NCBI GenBank assembly: GCA_029781115.1
Contig: JAKOXG010000010.1
Coordinates: 4,582-68,581 of the forward strand
Direction: 5' to 3'
DNA: 64,000 nt
Source of the DNA: Candidatus Cloacimonadota bacterium
GTDB lineage: Bacteria > Cloacimonadota > Cloacimonadia > Cloacimonadales > Cloacimonadaceae
The translations under genes were made by a program, and so were the position numbers. Positions within the stretch are counted from its first letter, which is position 1, and every line of letters begins with the position of its first letter. The notes under the pieces are model-generated. The model was given only the letters and a program-made list of their open reading frames with translations. It searched no databases and was not told where the DNA came from. Below, in pieces: positions 36,986 through 45,498 of this stretch.

Positions 36986-39040
36986 ATGAAAGAATATGAT
37001 GTTAAGAAGATACGCAATCTTCTCTTAATGGGATCGAGTGGTGCCGGTAAGACAACCTTGGCAGAGCAGATCTTTTATCAGACTCAGACTACCAACAGGG
37101 TTGGCAAGGTTGAGGAAGGCAACACGGTTATGGATTTTGATGCTGAGGAAGTGGCAAGAAAGCTTTCACTCAGCCTGAGCGTAGGTTTTGTAAACTATAA
37201 AGACCACAAGGTAAACATCCTGGATGCTCCCGGCAGTCCAGATTTTATAGCCGATGCGATCGTAGCCATTCCCGCAGTGGAAAACGTGGTTTTGGTAGCC
37301 AATGCAGTGCAAGGTTTTGAGGTTGGGCTGGAATTGGCAATCGAGCAGGTGGAAGATAAGAAGGTGGGCAAAGTCCTGCTGATTAACCGCATGGACAGTG
37401 AGCATTCGGATTTTCAGAAAGCCCTGGATTCCATCTATGAAAACACAGACCTCAGAGGCACTCCTGTGATGATTCCCATTGGCAAGGAAGGTTCTTTTGA
37501 AGGCGTGATCGACCTGATCAAGATGAAAGCCATCCGTCCTGACGGGGAATCTGACATCCCTGCAGATATGCAAGGTGCAGCCGAAGACGCACGCTTTCAC
37601 CTGATGGAAGCGATCGCTGAAAATGATGAAGAGCTGCTCAACTACTTTTTGGAGCACATGGAGCTCACCGAAGAGCAAATGATCAAAGGGATCAAGACAG
37701 CCACCGCCAATGGTGACATCGTGCCTGCATTTGCCTGTTCCGCTGCCACCGGTGTGGGCGTGAAAGCCTTTTTGGATGGCGTGGTAGCCTATCTGCCTTC
37801 TCCTGCTGAAAATTCCAGAATCGAAGTGCTATCCAATGGCGAAAAGACAGAGTATGTCTGCTCTCCCGATGGCGAGCTTTTGGGATATATGTTCAAGCTT
37901 TACAGCGATCCCAACATGGGAGAATATGTCTATGTGCGCATTCTTTCCGGTAGCCTGAAGACGGGCACAGAGTTTTACATCCCCGAAAAAGACGCCAAAG
38001 ACAAAGCTGGCAACATGTATTATATGTTGGGCAAGACGCGTCACGACACCAGCGAGATTCGCTGTGGTGACATCGGCGCCTTGGTGAAGCTGAGAAATGC
38101 CAGAGCCTTGAATAGCATGGTTCCTGTGAACTCCAAGATTCAGTTCATCCTGCCTGAACTTCCTGAACCCACCTACTGGCAGATGATCCGTGCCGCCAAC
38201 CAGTCGGACGAGGATAAGATTGGCCAATCCTTGCAAAGAGTGATTGCCGAGGATCCCTCTATAAATTATGAGATGAATCCGGCGACCGGCGAAAACGTGA
38301 TTTCCGGCATGGGTGAACAGCAGATGGCTTTGGTGCTCAAGAAGCTGAAAAACCGCTATAAGGTTGACGCTATCATGAGAGAGCCCCGCATCCCCTACAA
38401 AGAGACGATCATGGGCAGCGCCGAAAGCCAGTATCGCCACAAGAAGCAATCCGGCGGACGCGGTCAGTATGGTGAAGTGTTCTTCAGAATCAAGCCCACC
38501 GAGCGTGGAGAAGGGTTCCAGTTTATCAATTCCATCGTGGGTGGCGTGATTCCCTCAAACTTCATTCCCGCCATCGAAAAAGGCTTGATCGAGACCATGG
38601 AAAAGGGTATCATTGCCGGCTATCCGGTTGAGGATATCAGCGTGGAAGTCTATTATGGCAGCTATCACGATGTGGACAGCTCTGAAATGGCTTTCAAGAT
38701 CGCCAGCTCCATGGCCCTCAAAGACGGCTTCCAAAAATGCAAACCCATCCTGCTTGAGCCCATTCATGATCTTACCATCATCGTTCCCAGCGAATACATG
38801 GGCGATGTGATGGGTGACATCAGCACGCGTCGTGGACGCATCATGGGTATGGAGCAACGTGGCAAAAAGCAGTATCTCAATGCGCAGATGCCCGTGGCAG
38901 AGATGTATCTCTACTTCCCTGCACTCAAATCCTTGACCCAGGGACGCGGCCGCTTCACTCAGAAGTTTTCACATTATGAAATGGTGCCCTCAGACATCAC
39001 CCAAAAAGTGATCGCTGAATGGGAAGATGCAGACCAATAA
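36986..39040 (+). CDS. Elongation factor G family GTPase (EF-G paralog)
   Basis: G1 GSSGAGKTT, G3 DAPG, G4 NRMD and domains II-V (HKKQSGGRGQYG; domain IV/V motifs). 684 aa. Confidence 0.85.
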   Translation: MKEYDVKKIRNLLLMGSSGAGKTTLAEQIFYQTQTTNRVGKVEEGNTVMDFDAEEVARKLSLSLSVGFVNYKDHKVNILDAPGSPDFIADAIVAIPAVENVVLVANAVQGFEVGLELAIEQVEDKKVGKVLLINRMDSEHSDFQKALDSIYENTDLRGTPVMIPIGKEGSFEGVIDLIKMKAIRPDGESDIPADMQGAAEDARFHLMEAIAENDEELLNYFLEHMELTEEQMIKGIKTATANGDIVPAFACSAATGVGVKAFLDGVVAYLPSPAENSRIEVLSNGEKTEYVCSPDGELLGYMFKLYSDPNMGEYVYVRILSGSLKTGTEFYIPEKDAKDKAGNMYYMLGKTRHDTSEIRCGDIGALVKLRNARALNSMVPVNSKIQFILPELPEPTYWQMIRAANQSDEDKIGQSLQRVIAEDPSINYEMNPATGENVISGMGEQQMALVLKKLKNRYKVDAIMREPRIPYKETIMGSAESQYRHKKQSGGRGQYGEVFFRIKPTERGEGFQFINSIVGGVIPSNFIPAIEKGLIETMEKGIIAGYPVEDISVEVYYGSYHDVDSSEMAFKIASSMALKDGFQKCKPILLEPIHDLTIIVPSEYMGDVMGDISTRRGRIMGMEQRGKKQYLNAQMPVAEMYLYFPALKSLTQGRGRFTQKFSHYEMVPSDITQKVIAEWEDADQ

Positions 39041-39068
39041 TGGCTTATACAAACTAAGATAAAACCTT

Positions 39069-39105
39069 AAAGGAAAGCCGCTTAGGGTGGCTTTCCTTTT
39101 TCTTT
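39069..39105 (+). terminator. Rho-independent terminator after the EF-G paralog
   Basis: AGGAAAGCC-N9-GGCTTTCCT followed by TTTTTCTTT. Confidence 0.85.
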
Positions 39106-39106
39106 C

Positions 39107-39135
39107 TTGACAACAATCACTATAGATTCTATATG
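39107..39135 (+). promoter_or_regulatory. Sigma70-like promoter of the yebC-ruvCA-rsmB operon
   Basis: TTGACA-N17-TATATG. Confidence 0.5.
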
Positions 39136-39186
39136 TGAACCAGAGACAAGAAACACTAAGATTAATTAAGATAAAGAGGTTTTTTT

Positions 39187-39933
39187 ATGTCCGGACACAA
39201 TAAGTGGAGTTCCATCAAACACAAAAAAGCCGCAAGTGACGCCAAACGCGGCAAGATCTATACCAGATTGGTAAGAGAGATCATTTTGGCTGCCAGACAA
39301 GGTGGCGGTGATCCAGATATGAACCCGAGACTGAGAACAGCTGTAAATAATGCCAAAAAAGAGAATATGCCCCGGGATAACATTGAACGTGCCATCAAGC
39401 GCGGTTCTGGAGAAGTCGAAGGCGAAGCCTTTGAAGAAATGACCTATGAAGGTTATGGGCACAATGGCGTCGGCATCATCGTCGATGTGATGACGGATAA
39501 TATAAACCGCACCGTATCTGAGCTGAGACATATCTTCTCCAAGTATGGCGGCAACCTTGCAGAAACAGGATCGGTATCCTGGAATTTCGATCAAAAAGGC
39601 TTCTTCAACGTCCCTGCCGAGGGCTTGGATGAAGAGGAGTTCTTCATGCATGCCCTGGAGGCTGGAGCTGATGACATCGAGCTGAACGACGACTACTTCG
39701 ATGTATACACTCCACCTACAGAATTCCATACCGTGCTGGCCAAGTTTGAAGACGAAGGTTTTACGGTTGAGAACGCTGAACTTACCATGGTTCCCAAGAA
39801 TACGGTGAATGCAGATGACGTAGCGGCCAAATTGTTGAAGCTGATCGAGATGCTGGAAGATTTGGACGACGTGCAAAAAGTGTATGCCAATTTTGAGATT
39901 TCAGACGAGATCTTGGAATCTCTGAGCGAATAG
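39187..39933 (+). CDS. yebC: YebC/PmpR family DNA-binding regulatory protein
   Basis: MSGHNKWSSIKHKKAASDAKRGK N-terminus is diagnostic. 248 aa. Confidence 0.95.
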   Translation: MSGHNKWSSIKHKKAASDAKRGKIYTRLVREIILAARQGGGDPDMNPRLRTAVNNAKKENMPRDNIERAIKRGSGEVEGEAFEEMTYEGYGHNGVGIIVDVMTDNINRTVSELRHIFSKYGGNLAETGSVSWNFDQKGFFNVPAEGLDEEEFFMHALEAGADDIELNDDYFDVYTPPTEFHTVLAKFEDEGFTVENAELTMVPKNTVNADDVAAKLLKLIEMLEDLDDVQKVYANFEISDEILESLSE

Positions 39934-39938
39934 GGAAA

Positions 39939-40418
39939 GTGATCCTGCTCGGCATTGATCCCGGCAGCAGAATCTGCGGCTATGGGCTGATCGAGGTTCA
40001 AAAGCGGTTGATTACTGCCGTGGGTTGTGATGTGATCGATGTGAGCAACATCGTCTCACTGCCCAAGCGTTTGAGTGCCATTTTCGACGCCATGGAAAGC
40101 ATCATCAAAGATTACAAGCCGGATGCTGCCGTGGTGGAGAGTATATTTTATCACAAGAATGCGAAGAGCGTTTTTACCCTGGGACAAGCGCGGGGCGTGA
40201 TTCTTCTCTGCCTGGGCAGGCATGATGTCCCTGTCTTTGAATACACTCCCAGAGAGGTGAAAAAGGCTGTCGTGGGCAATGGGGCAGCCAGTAAGCAACA
40301 GGTTCGCTATATGATAGAGCAGGAGTTCAAACTCAAAGGCAGCGAGAAACCTGATGATGCCTACGATGCTTTAGCCATTGCCATGTGTCATTTCAACAAA
40401 CTAAGGTATATCAAATGA
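39939..40418 (+). CDS. ruvC: Holliday junction resolvase RuvC
   Basis: ILLGIDPGSRICGYGLIE and the later D/E catalytic motifs. GTG start. Confidence 0.9.
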   Translation: MILLGIDPGSRICGYGLIEVQKRLITAVGCDVIDVSNIVSLPKRLSAIFDAMESIIKDYKPDAAVVESIFYHKNAKSVFTLGQARGVILLCLGRHDVPVFEYTPREVKKAVVGNGAASKQQVRYMIEQEFKLKGSEKPDDAYDALAIAMCHFNKLRYIK

Positions 40419-41020
40419 TCAGCTATATACGCGGGAAAGTGATCCATAAATCACCGGTAAAAGCCGTCTTGGAAAATGCTGCCGGCATGGGGTTTGAGAT
40501 CAATATCCCCATCAGCACCTTTGAAATGATGCCGGAAGTGGGCACTGAATGCGTTCTTCACACTATCTTGCATGTGGTGCAGGACGACGTCAGGCTCTTC
40601 GGCTTTGGTGATCCGATGGAAAGAGAACTATTCCTCATCCTCAATACAGTGTCCGGGATTGGCCCCAAGATTGCCCTCTCCATCATCTCCACCATGCCTA
40701 TACCCACCTTTGTGAGAGCAATAGAAAATGCCGAAGAGGCTGTCCTGACACGCGTGCCGGGTATAGGCAAGAAGAGTGCCCAGCGCTTGATCGTGGAGCT
40801 TAAAGGTGGCTTGAGTCGTGTGAGTGATCACTTTGGCCCTGGAGATCATGTCTTGCATGAGGACGTGTTTGCGGAAGTGGAAAGTGCACTGCTCACCCTG
40901 GGTTTTAATTCCAAAGAGATTCGCAAACAACTCTCACTCCTGCCCGCAGATGCCAAAGAGATGAGTGCGGAAGAGCTGATCAAAGAAACCATCAAGCGGC
41001 TGTATCAAAGGAATCGTTGA
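40415..41020 (+). CDS. ruvA: Holliday junction branch migration protein RuvA
   Basis: MISYIRGKV start in ATGA overlap with the ruvC stop. HhH motifs (VSGIGPKIA; VPGIGKKSA). Confidence 0.9.
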   Translation: MISYIRGKVIHKSPVKAVLENAAGMGFEINIPISTFEMMPEVGTECVLHTILHVVQDDVRLFGFGDPMERELFLILNTVSGIGPKIALSIISTMPIPTFVRAIENAEEAVLTRVPGIGKKSAQRLIVELKGGLSRVSDHFGPGDHVLHEDVFAEVESALLTLGFNSKEIRKQLSLLPADAKEMSAEELIKETIKRLYQRNR

Positions 41021-42334
41021 ATGTTGCGCAAAGAAGCATACCAGACGATACTCAAGGTCTTTAAAGACAGAGAGTTTTCGGATACTCTCCTGCAACAGAG
41101 AGCCAAGAGAGTGGTGAGAGCCGGCGAAAACCTCGCACTATTCTACAATCTGGTGAAAGGTGTGGTCAAGATGAAGGGACATCTGGATCACATCGTCACA
41201 CATCATACTGACCCCAAGAAATATGCCGACACAGATATTAAGATCAAGATCCTGCTGTATATAGGCATTTACCAGCTCAAGTATCTGGATTCCGTGCCGG
41301 AATATGCAGCCATCAACCAAACAGTGGAGCTGGCGAAGGAGACCTTCAACCCCACAATTGCAGATTTTGTAAATGCGGTGCTGAGATCATACCAGAGAAA
41401 TCCAGAGATTACTTATCCGGATGATCCCATCGAAAGGATAGCTCTGGAACATAGCTATCCGGTGGAGTTGGTGCGAAACTGGGTGGAGCTTTGGGGCGTG
41501 GAAGATACAGAATATCTGATGCTCTATTTCAATGAAAACCCCGCTACGCACATGCGCGTCAATACCACCGCTACCACTCCGCAAAAGCTTCAGAACTACT
41601 TTGCCAAGCGTGAGATAGAAATCATCCCATCTGGCTATGGGCCAAATATGTTTTACACTCACCAAGCGGATAAGGTCTTGGATGATGTGGCTTTTTCGGA
41701 AGGATACTTCAGCATTCAGGATAGTTCGGCTGCGATGGTGGTGGATTATCTGGACCCTCAGAAAGATGAGAACATCCTGGATCTATTTGCCGCCCCCGGT
41801 GGGAAGTGCACCTATATCGCCGAGTTGATGGAAAACACCGGCGAAGTCGTGGCTGTGGATAAGATCCCAGCCAAGATGAAACTGCTCAAGCAGGCGGCGT
41901 CACGTCTGCAGCTTAGCAATATCAAGCAGGTGATCGCAGATGCCTTTAAATATGGGCCTGTGCTGCCCGTCTACGATAGAGTGTTGGTGGATGCGCCCTG
42001 CTCTGGATGGGGCGTAATCGGCCGCAAGGCAGATATTCGCTGGCAGGCTCATGAGAATGTTGCGGAATTGGTTGCATTGCAGGAGAAGGCTTTGGATATG
42101 GCGTCAGAATTTGTGAAGAAAGATGGCTTCCTCATCTACTCTACCTGCACGATGAATCCCTTGGAAAATGAAAAGCAGATTGTAAATTTCCTGGATAAAA
42201 ACCCCAAGTTCAAGCTCGTTCCTGCAAATGGAAAGGTGCCGGATGAGTGCATCAAAGATGGCATGTACCGCAGTATACCTTTTAAACACAATATAGATGG
42301 AGCCTTTGCTGCCAAAATGCAGAGGATAGTGTAG
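41021..42334 (+). CDS. rsmB: 16S rRNA (cytosine967-C5)-methyltransferase RsmB/Sun
   Basis: NusB-like N-domain, SAM motif DLFAAPGGK, catalytic DAPCSG and YSTCT. Confidence 0.9.
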   Translation: MLRKEAYQTILKVFKDREFSDTLLQQRAKRVVRAGENLALFYNLVKGVVKMKGHLDHIVTHHTDPKKYADTDIKIKILLYIGIYQLKYLDSVPEYAAINQTVELAKETFNPTIADFVNAVLRSYQRNPEITYPDDPIERIALEHSYPVELVRNWVELWGVEDTEYLMLYFNENPATHMRVNTTATTPQKLQNYFAKREIEIIPSGYGPNMFYTHQADKVLDDVAFSEGYFSIQDSSAAMVVDYLDPQKDENILDLFAAPGGKCTYIAELMENTGEVVAVDKIPAKMKLLKQAASRLQLSNIKQVIADAFKYGPVLPVYDRVLVDAPCSGWGVIGRKADIRWQAHENVAELVALQEKALDMASEFVKKDGFLIYSTCTMNPLENEKQIVNFLDKNPKFKLVPANGKVPDECIKDGMYRSIPFKHNIDGAFAAKMQRIV

Positions 42335-42925
42335 ATGGATAAAGAGAAGCTTCGAAAACTCGGCTATTACGCCATGATAGGGCTGGGAACCATCCTGATT
42401 ACTGCCTTTTTGGTGGGACAGGTGATCATGCCCGTCATATTTGCCAAACCCAAAAGCATCATGGTGCCCAATGTGCTGGGAAGCGACGTCGGCACAGCTA
42501 AAAAGACCTTGCAAGAGGCTGGACTGTATGCGGTTGTGAAGGATTCCCTGTGGTCTGATACCGCCAAGATAGAATCTGTGCTGGAACAGCGTCCCGCTGC
42601 AGGGGAGATGATAAAGGCCGAAGGAACCGTATATCTGGTGATCTGTAAAGGCTCACAAATGGTGGCTGTGCCCACGGTGGTGGGACATAACTATGAAGAA
42701 GCTTTTGTTACCTTGCGCAGCGCAGGACTAAGAGTAGCAGTAGCAGACTCCATGCACAGTGCGAGCTTTCCCAGGAATACGGTGATGAGAACTTCGCCAC
42801 CCAGCGGCTCGAGAGTGCAGAAAAATGCCCTGGTAAGTCTATACATGAGCCGGGGGCCGGAAGAGGTCAGGGAAGACGAGGAATTTGGCAGCACAGAGGA
42901 CGAATATCCTCCGGGAACCTATTGA
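42335..42925 (+). CDS. Membrane-anchored protein with two PASTA repeats and no kinase or transpeptidase domain
   Basis: One TM helix, then two repeats of the VP.v.G......A...L...GL pattern. 196 aa. Confidence 0.7.
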   Translation: MDKEKLRKLGYYAMIGLGTILITAFLVGQVIMPVIFAKPKSIMVPNVLGSDVGTAKKTLQEAGLYAVVKDSLWSDTAKIESVLEQRPAAGEMIKAEGTVYLVICKGSQMVAVPTVVGHNYEEAFVTLRSAGLRVAVADSMHSASFPRNTVMRTSPPSGSRVQKNALVSLYMSRGPEEVREDEEFGSTEDEYPPGTY

Positions 42926-43161
42926 TGCGCTGCCAAAGCATTAAGATCCAGTTGAAGATAGCACCTCATCTGCAAGTATTGGCTGGCTTAATCATCGAAT
43001 CAATAGAGGGTCTGGCCATCCATAGTCAGGGTGAAGATAAAGACCATCTGCAGCTATTGCTGGACAGTTCTTGCCTGGATGATCTCAAGGGGTTTATCCA
43101 TAGCTGGAACAGCTACTTTGCGCACGATGCGGGTGCACAGTTGCAGTTGCCTCGGATGTAG
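42922..43161 (+). CDS. Small hypothetical protein (79 aa), uncertain
   Basis: The ORF overlaps the stop of the PASTA gene. No motif recognised and coding status is unproven. Confidence 0.3.
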   Translation: MMRCQSIKIQLKIAPHLQVLAGLIIESIEGLAIHSQGEDKDHLQLLLDSSCLDDLKGFIHSWNSYFAHDAGAQLQLPRM

Positions 43162-43175
43162 CTCTACGGGCTGGT

Positions 43176-43826
43176 TTAGAAACTGTAAGATACGTTGATT
43201 AGGGGCGACCTTTCTTTGAGGCTCATATACACTTGTGAGCGTTTGTCTTTACTCGTGAAGCGCAGGGCATCAATGCCGCTGATCAGGTGGTTTACGATCA
43301 TTATGCCCTTGGTAGCCATGGCGTAATCCCTCATCTTGGAAGCTCTTATCCTGATCTTGCTGTAGGCGGCTCTTTGGGCAGTGGAATCCCAGCTCCAATA
43401 CATCTCTTCAGGATAGGCGTGCTTGTTTAGGTAGTCCTGTTGTTTGACGGGATCGTCAGGGTAGAGATTCATCGCTTCCTTGAGGATTTTGGTGTTGTAA
43501 CCATCAGCGGCAAAGCCTCCACTATTGTATCTGCTGAGGTTTCTAAAATAGGTTTCAGAGTAGGAACCGGGCTGAATATGAGCATATTTGAGAGCAAATT
43601 CATAAGCTTCTCGCTGAGCAAGCTTTTCTTCGCTGTTGATCATCATCATGCTTCCGATGATTGCAGCTTCACCTGCAAGCATAGCATAGCCATAGTTTCT
43701 GCCATGGATTACCTGGGGTAAACCAGGAATGGCGAGAGCACCCAAGACCTTCAAACCTCTGCTTTGGGCAAATAAACCGCAAGCTAAGAGGCTGATCAAA
43801 AGCAGGATAATAGTTTTGCGTATCAT
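43176..43826 (-). CDS. Membrane protein, paralog 3 of a three-member family (possibly DUF5683-like)
   Basis: Signal/lipobox-like N-terminus (LLACG), IPGLPQVIHG motif + TM helix, Tyr/Trp/Asp-rich middle, NHLISGIDAL near the end, terminal Phe. Confidence 0.6.
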   Translation of the reverse strand: MIRKTIILLLISLLACGLFAQSRGLKVLGALAIPGLPQVIHGRNYGYAMLAGEAAIIGSMMMINSEEKLAQREAYEFALKYAHIQPGSYSETYFRNLSRYNSGGFAADGYNTKILKEAMNLYPDDPVKQQDYLNKHAYPEEMYWSWDSTAQRAAYSKIRIRASKMRDYAMATKGIMIVNHLISGIDALRFTSKDKRSQVYMSLKERSPLINVSYSF

Positions 43827-44479
43827 TAAAACTCCAAGGTATAATGCAACATCATGGTTTTATCTTCATTGAAGCCAATATGCATGGCTGGTGGTTTTGA
43901 GCTGGGTCTTTTGCTCAAGAATAGAGCATCCACGGTGCTGATAGCCCGATTCAGCAAAAGAGCTCCCAAAGCGAGGGATTGGTATTGAGCGCTTCTCTGT
44001 TTCTTGCGTCTCAGATTGCGAAACTCCTTCTGGTGCTCTGCACTCTGCCAATGCCAAGCCTCTTCATCGGTATAGAGGTTGCGGGATAAATACTCAGCAT
44101 AACCATCCGGATCGTAGGTGTAGATCAGATAGTAGTTGCGTGCCCTCATCTCTTGGTAGTCGTTAAAATCATCACTGGATAGATACGATTGCATATCTTG
44201 GTATTGCCAGTCAGGTATGTCCAAACCGGTTCCAGCATAGATGTTGGCATAGCGTTTGGAGCGGTTTGTATAGTCTTTCACATCCTGTTTGTAGGAGCTC
44301 CAGGCAAATAAAGCAACCAGGTCTGCACCTAACATCACGCCGCCACGTGTGTGCTTGCCCAAAAGCAGCTCCGCACTTCCGGGAACCAGGGCAGACATCG
44401 CGGGATAGGTGATCCTGGGCAAAGCGGCGATAGGGAAGACCAAAGCCAGGAGACAGAGGGTTACAAAGAGTGGTTTCAT
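43826..44479 (-). CDS. Membrane protein, paralog 2 of the same family
   Basis: VPGSAELLLGKHTRGG + TM helix, W.WQS middle, NRAISTVDAL, terminal Phe. 1-nt overlap with the neighbour. Confidence 0.6.
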   Translation of the reverse strand: MKPLFVTLCLLALVFPIAALPRITYPAMSALVPGSAELLLGKHTRGGVMLGADLVALFAWSSYKQDVKDYTNRSKRYANIYAGTGLDIPDWQYQDMQSYLSSDDFNDYQEMRARNYYLIYTYDPDGYAEYLSRNLYTDEEAWHWQSAEHQKEFRNLRRKKQRSAQYQSLALGALLLNRAISTVDALFLSKRPSSKPPAMHIGFNEDKTMMLHYTLEF

Positions 44480-45487
44480 CTAAAAGTTCCAGACTAAGTT
44501 TACGGTAGGGTGCAGCTTGCCTTCTCTAACCGAGGTGTAGTATTTGAATTGGACTGGTGGTGCTTCTGTGAGGTAGGTTTTGTTTACCTTACTGGTGAGC
44601 AGTGTGGCGTGTATTGCTGAAGCGATATGGTTGAAAGCCAGGCCCAATGTGGCGATCCTGCCATTTTTGTAGGAGGCGTTGGCGTCTTTGCGCATCTGTA
44701 TATAATGCTGTCTGGTGGGAGATGCGATTGCTGAACCAGGAGCAATGTGTTGTGCTGAATTTGGGTCATTGATAAAGTCTGCAATGCGCTTGTTTGCTGT
44801 CCAGATGCTTGAATGTTCATCCTGAGTATTTGCCCACATCCAGGCATCCATAAAAGCTTCATTATCAAAGGCAAAGCTACCGTCTCGGGGATCGACGGCA
44901 AAGTTGTGATACCAGTCCGCCCAACCGAATACGTATTTATTGTATTTGCCGATGTCTTCATAGAAGTGCTGGGTATTGGTGCCATCCAGGCGGAAAAAGT
45001 CTTTATCGTAGATGTCGTTGGGGTAAACGTCTCGCAGCACTACCTCTGTCCGTGCTTGGAATGTCCTGTTGTAGCGAGGCCCGGTGTAGTCTATGCTGTA
45101 ATCGATGCCGTTTACGGTATAATTGAAGGTGGTGCTGATTGTCTCCTCAGTGGCATACTTCTCAAAATCTTCCGTGCGACTGTTTCCCTGCATATTGAAG
45201 TAGATAATGCCGCCTATAAGTCCTGCCTCGATGATGGGGAAGACCCAAGTGGCGACTGAGGATTTCTTGGCATAAAACTGTCCCGCTCCCGGCAGAACAG
45301 CTGAAAAGAGCATGGCCAAGCGCGCATCCTTCTTCTGGAAGTTGATCTTGATGATGTCGTCACCTTCGGATGTTTGCTCGCTGGTCTCTTTGGAGCCTGT
45401 GCCAAAGATCCAGTCATCATCACTCTTTTTAGCCAGAACGGGGCAGAGGAGCCCCAAGCAAAGTAGGATTATTATCGTCTTTTTCAT
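44480..45487 (-). CDS. Membrane protein, paralog 1 (longer middle region) of the same family
   Basis: LPGAGQFYAKKS + TM helix, NHIASAIHA, terminal WNF. ATG at 45487 with a GAGG RBS is preferred over the GTG at 45502. Confidence 0.6.
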   Translation of the reverse strand: MKKTIIILLCLGLLCPVLAKKSDDDWIFGTGSKETSEQTSEGDDIIKINFQKKDARLAMLFSAVLPGAGQFYAKKSSVATWVFPIIEAGLIGGIIYFNMQGNSRTEDFEKYATEETISTTFNYTVNGIDYSIDYTGPRYNRTFQARTEVVLRDVYPNDIYDKDFFRLDGTNTQHFYEDIGKYNKYVFGWADWYHNFAVDPRDGSFAFDNEAFMDAWMWANTQDEHSSIWTANKRIADFINDPNSAQHIAPGSAIASPTRQHYIQMRKDANASYKNGRIATLGLAFNHIASAIHATLLTSKVNKTYLTEAPPVQFKYYTSVREGKLHPTVNLVWNF

Positions 45488-45498
45488 AGCATATAACC

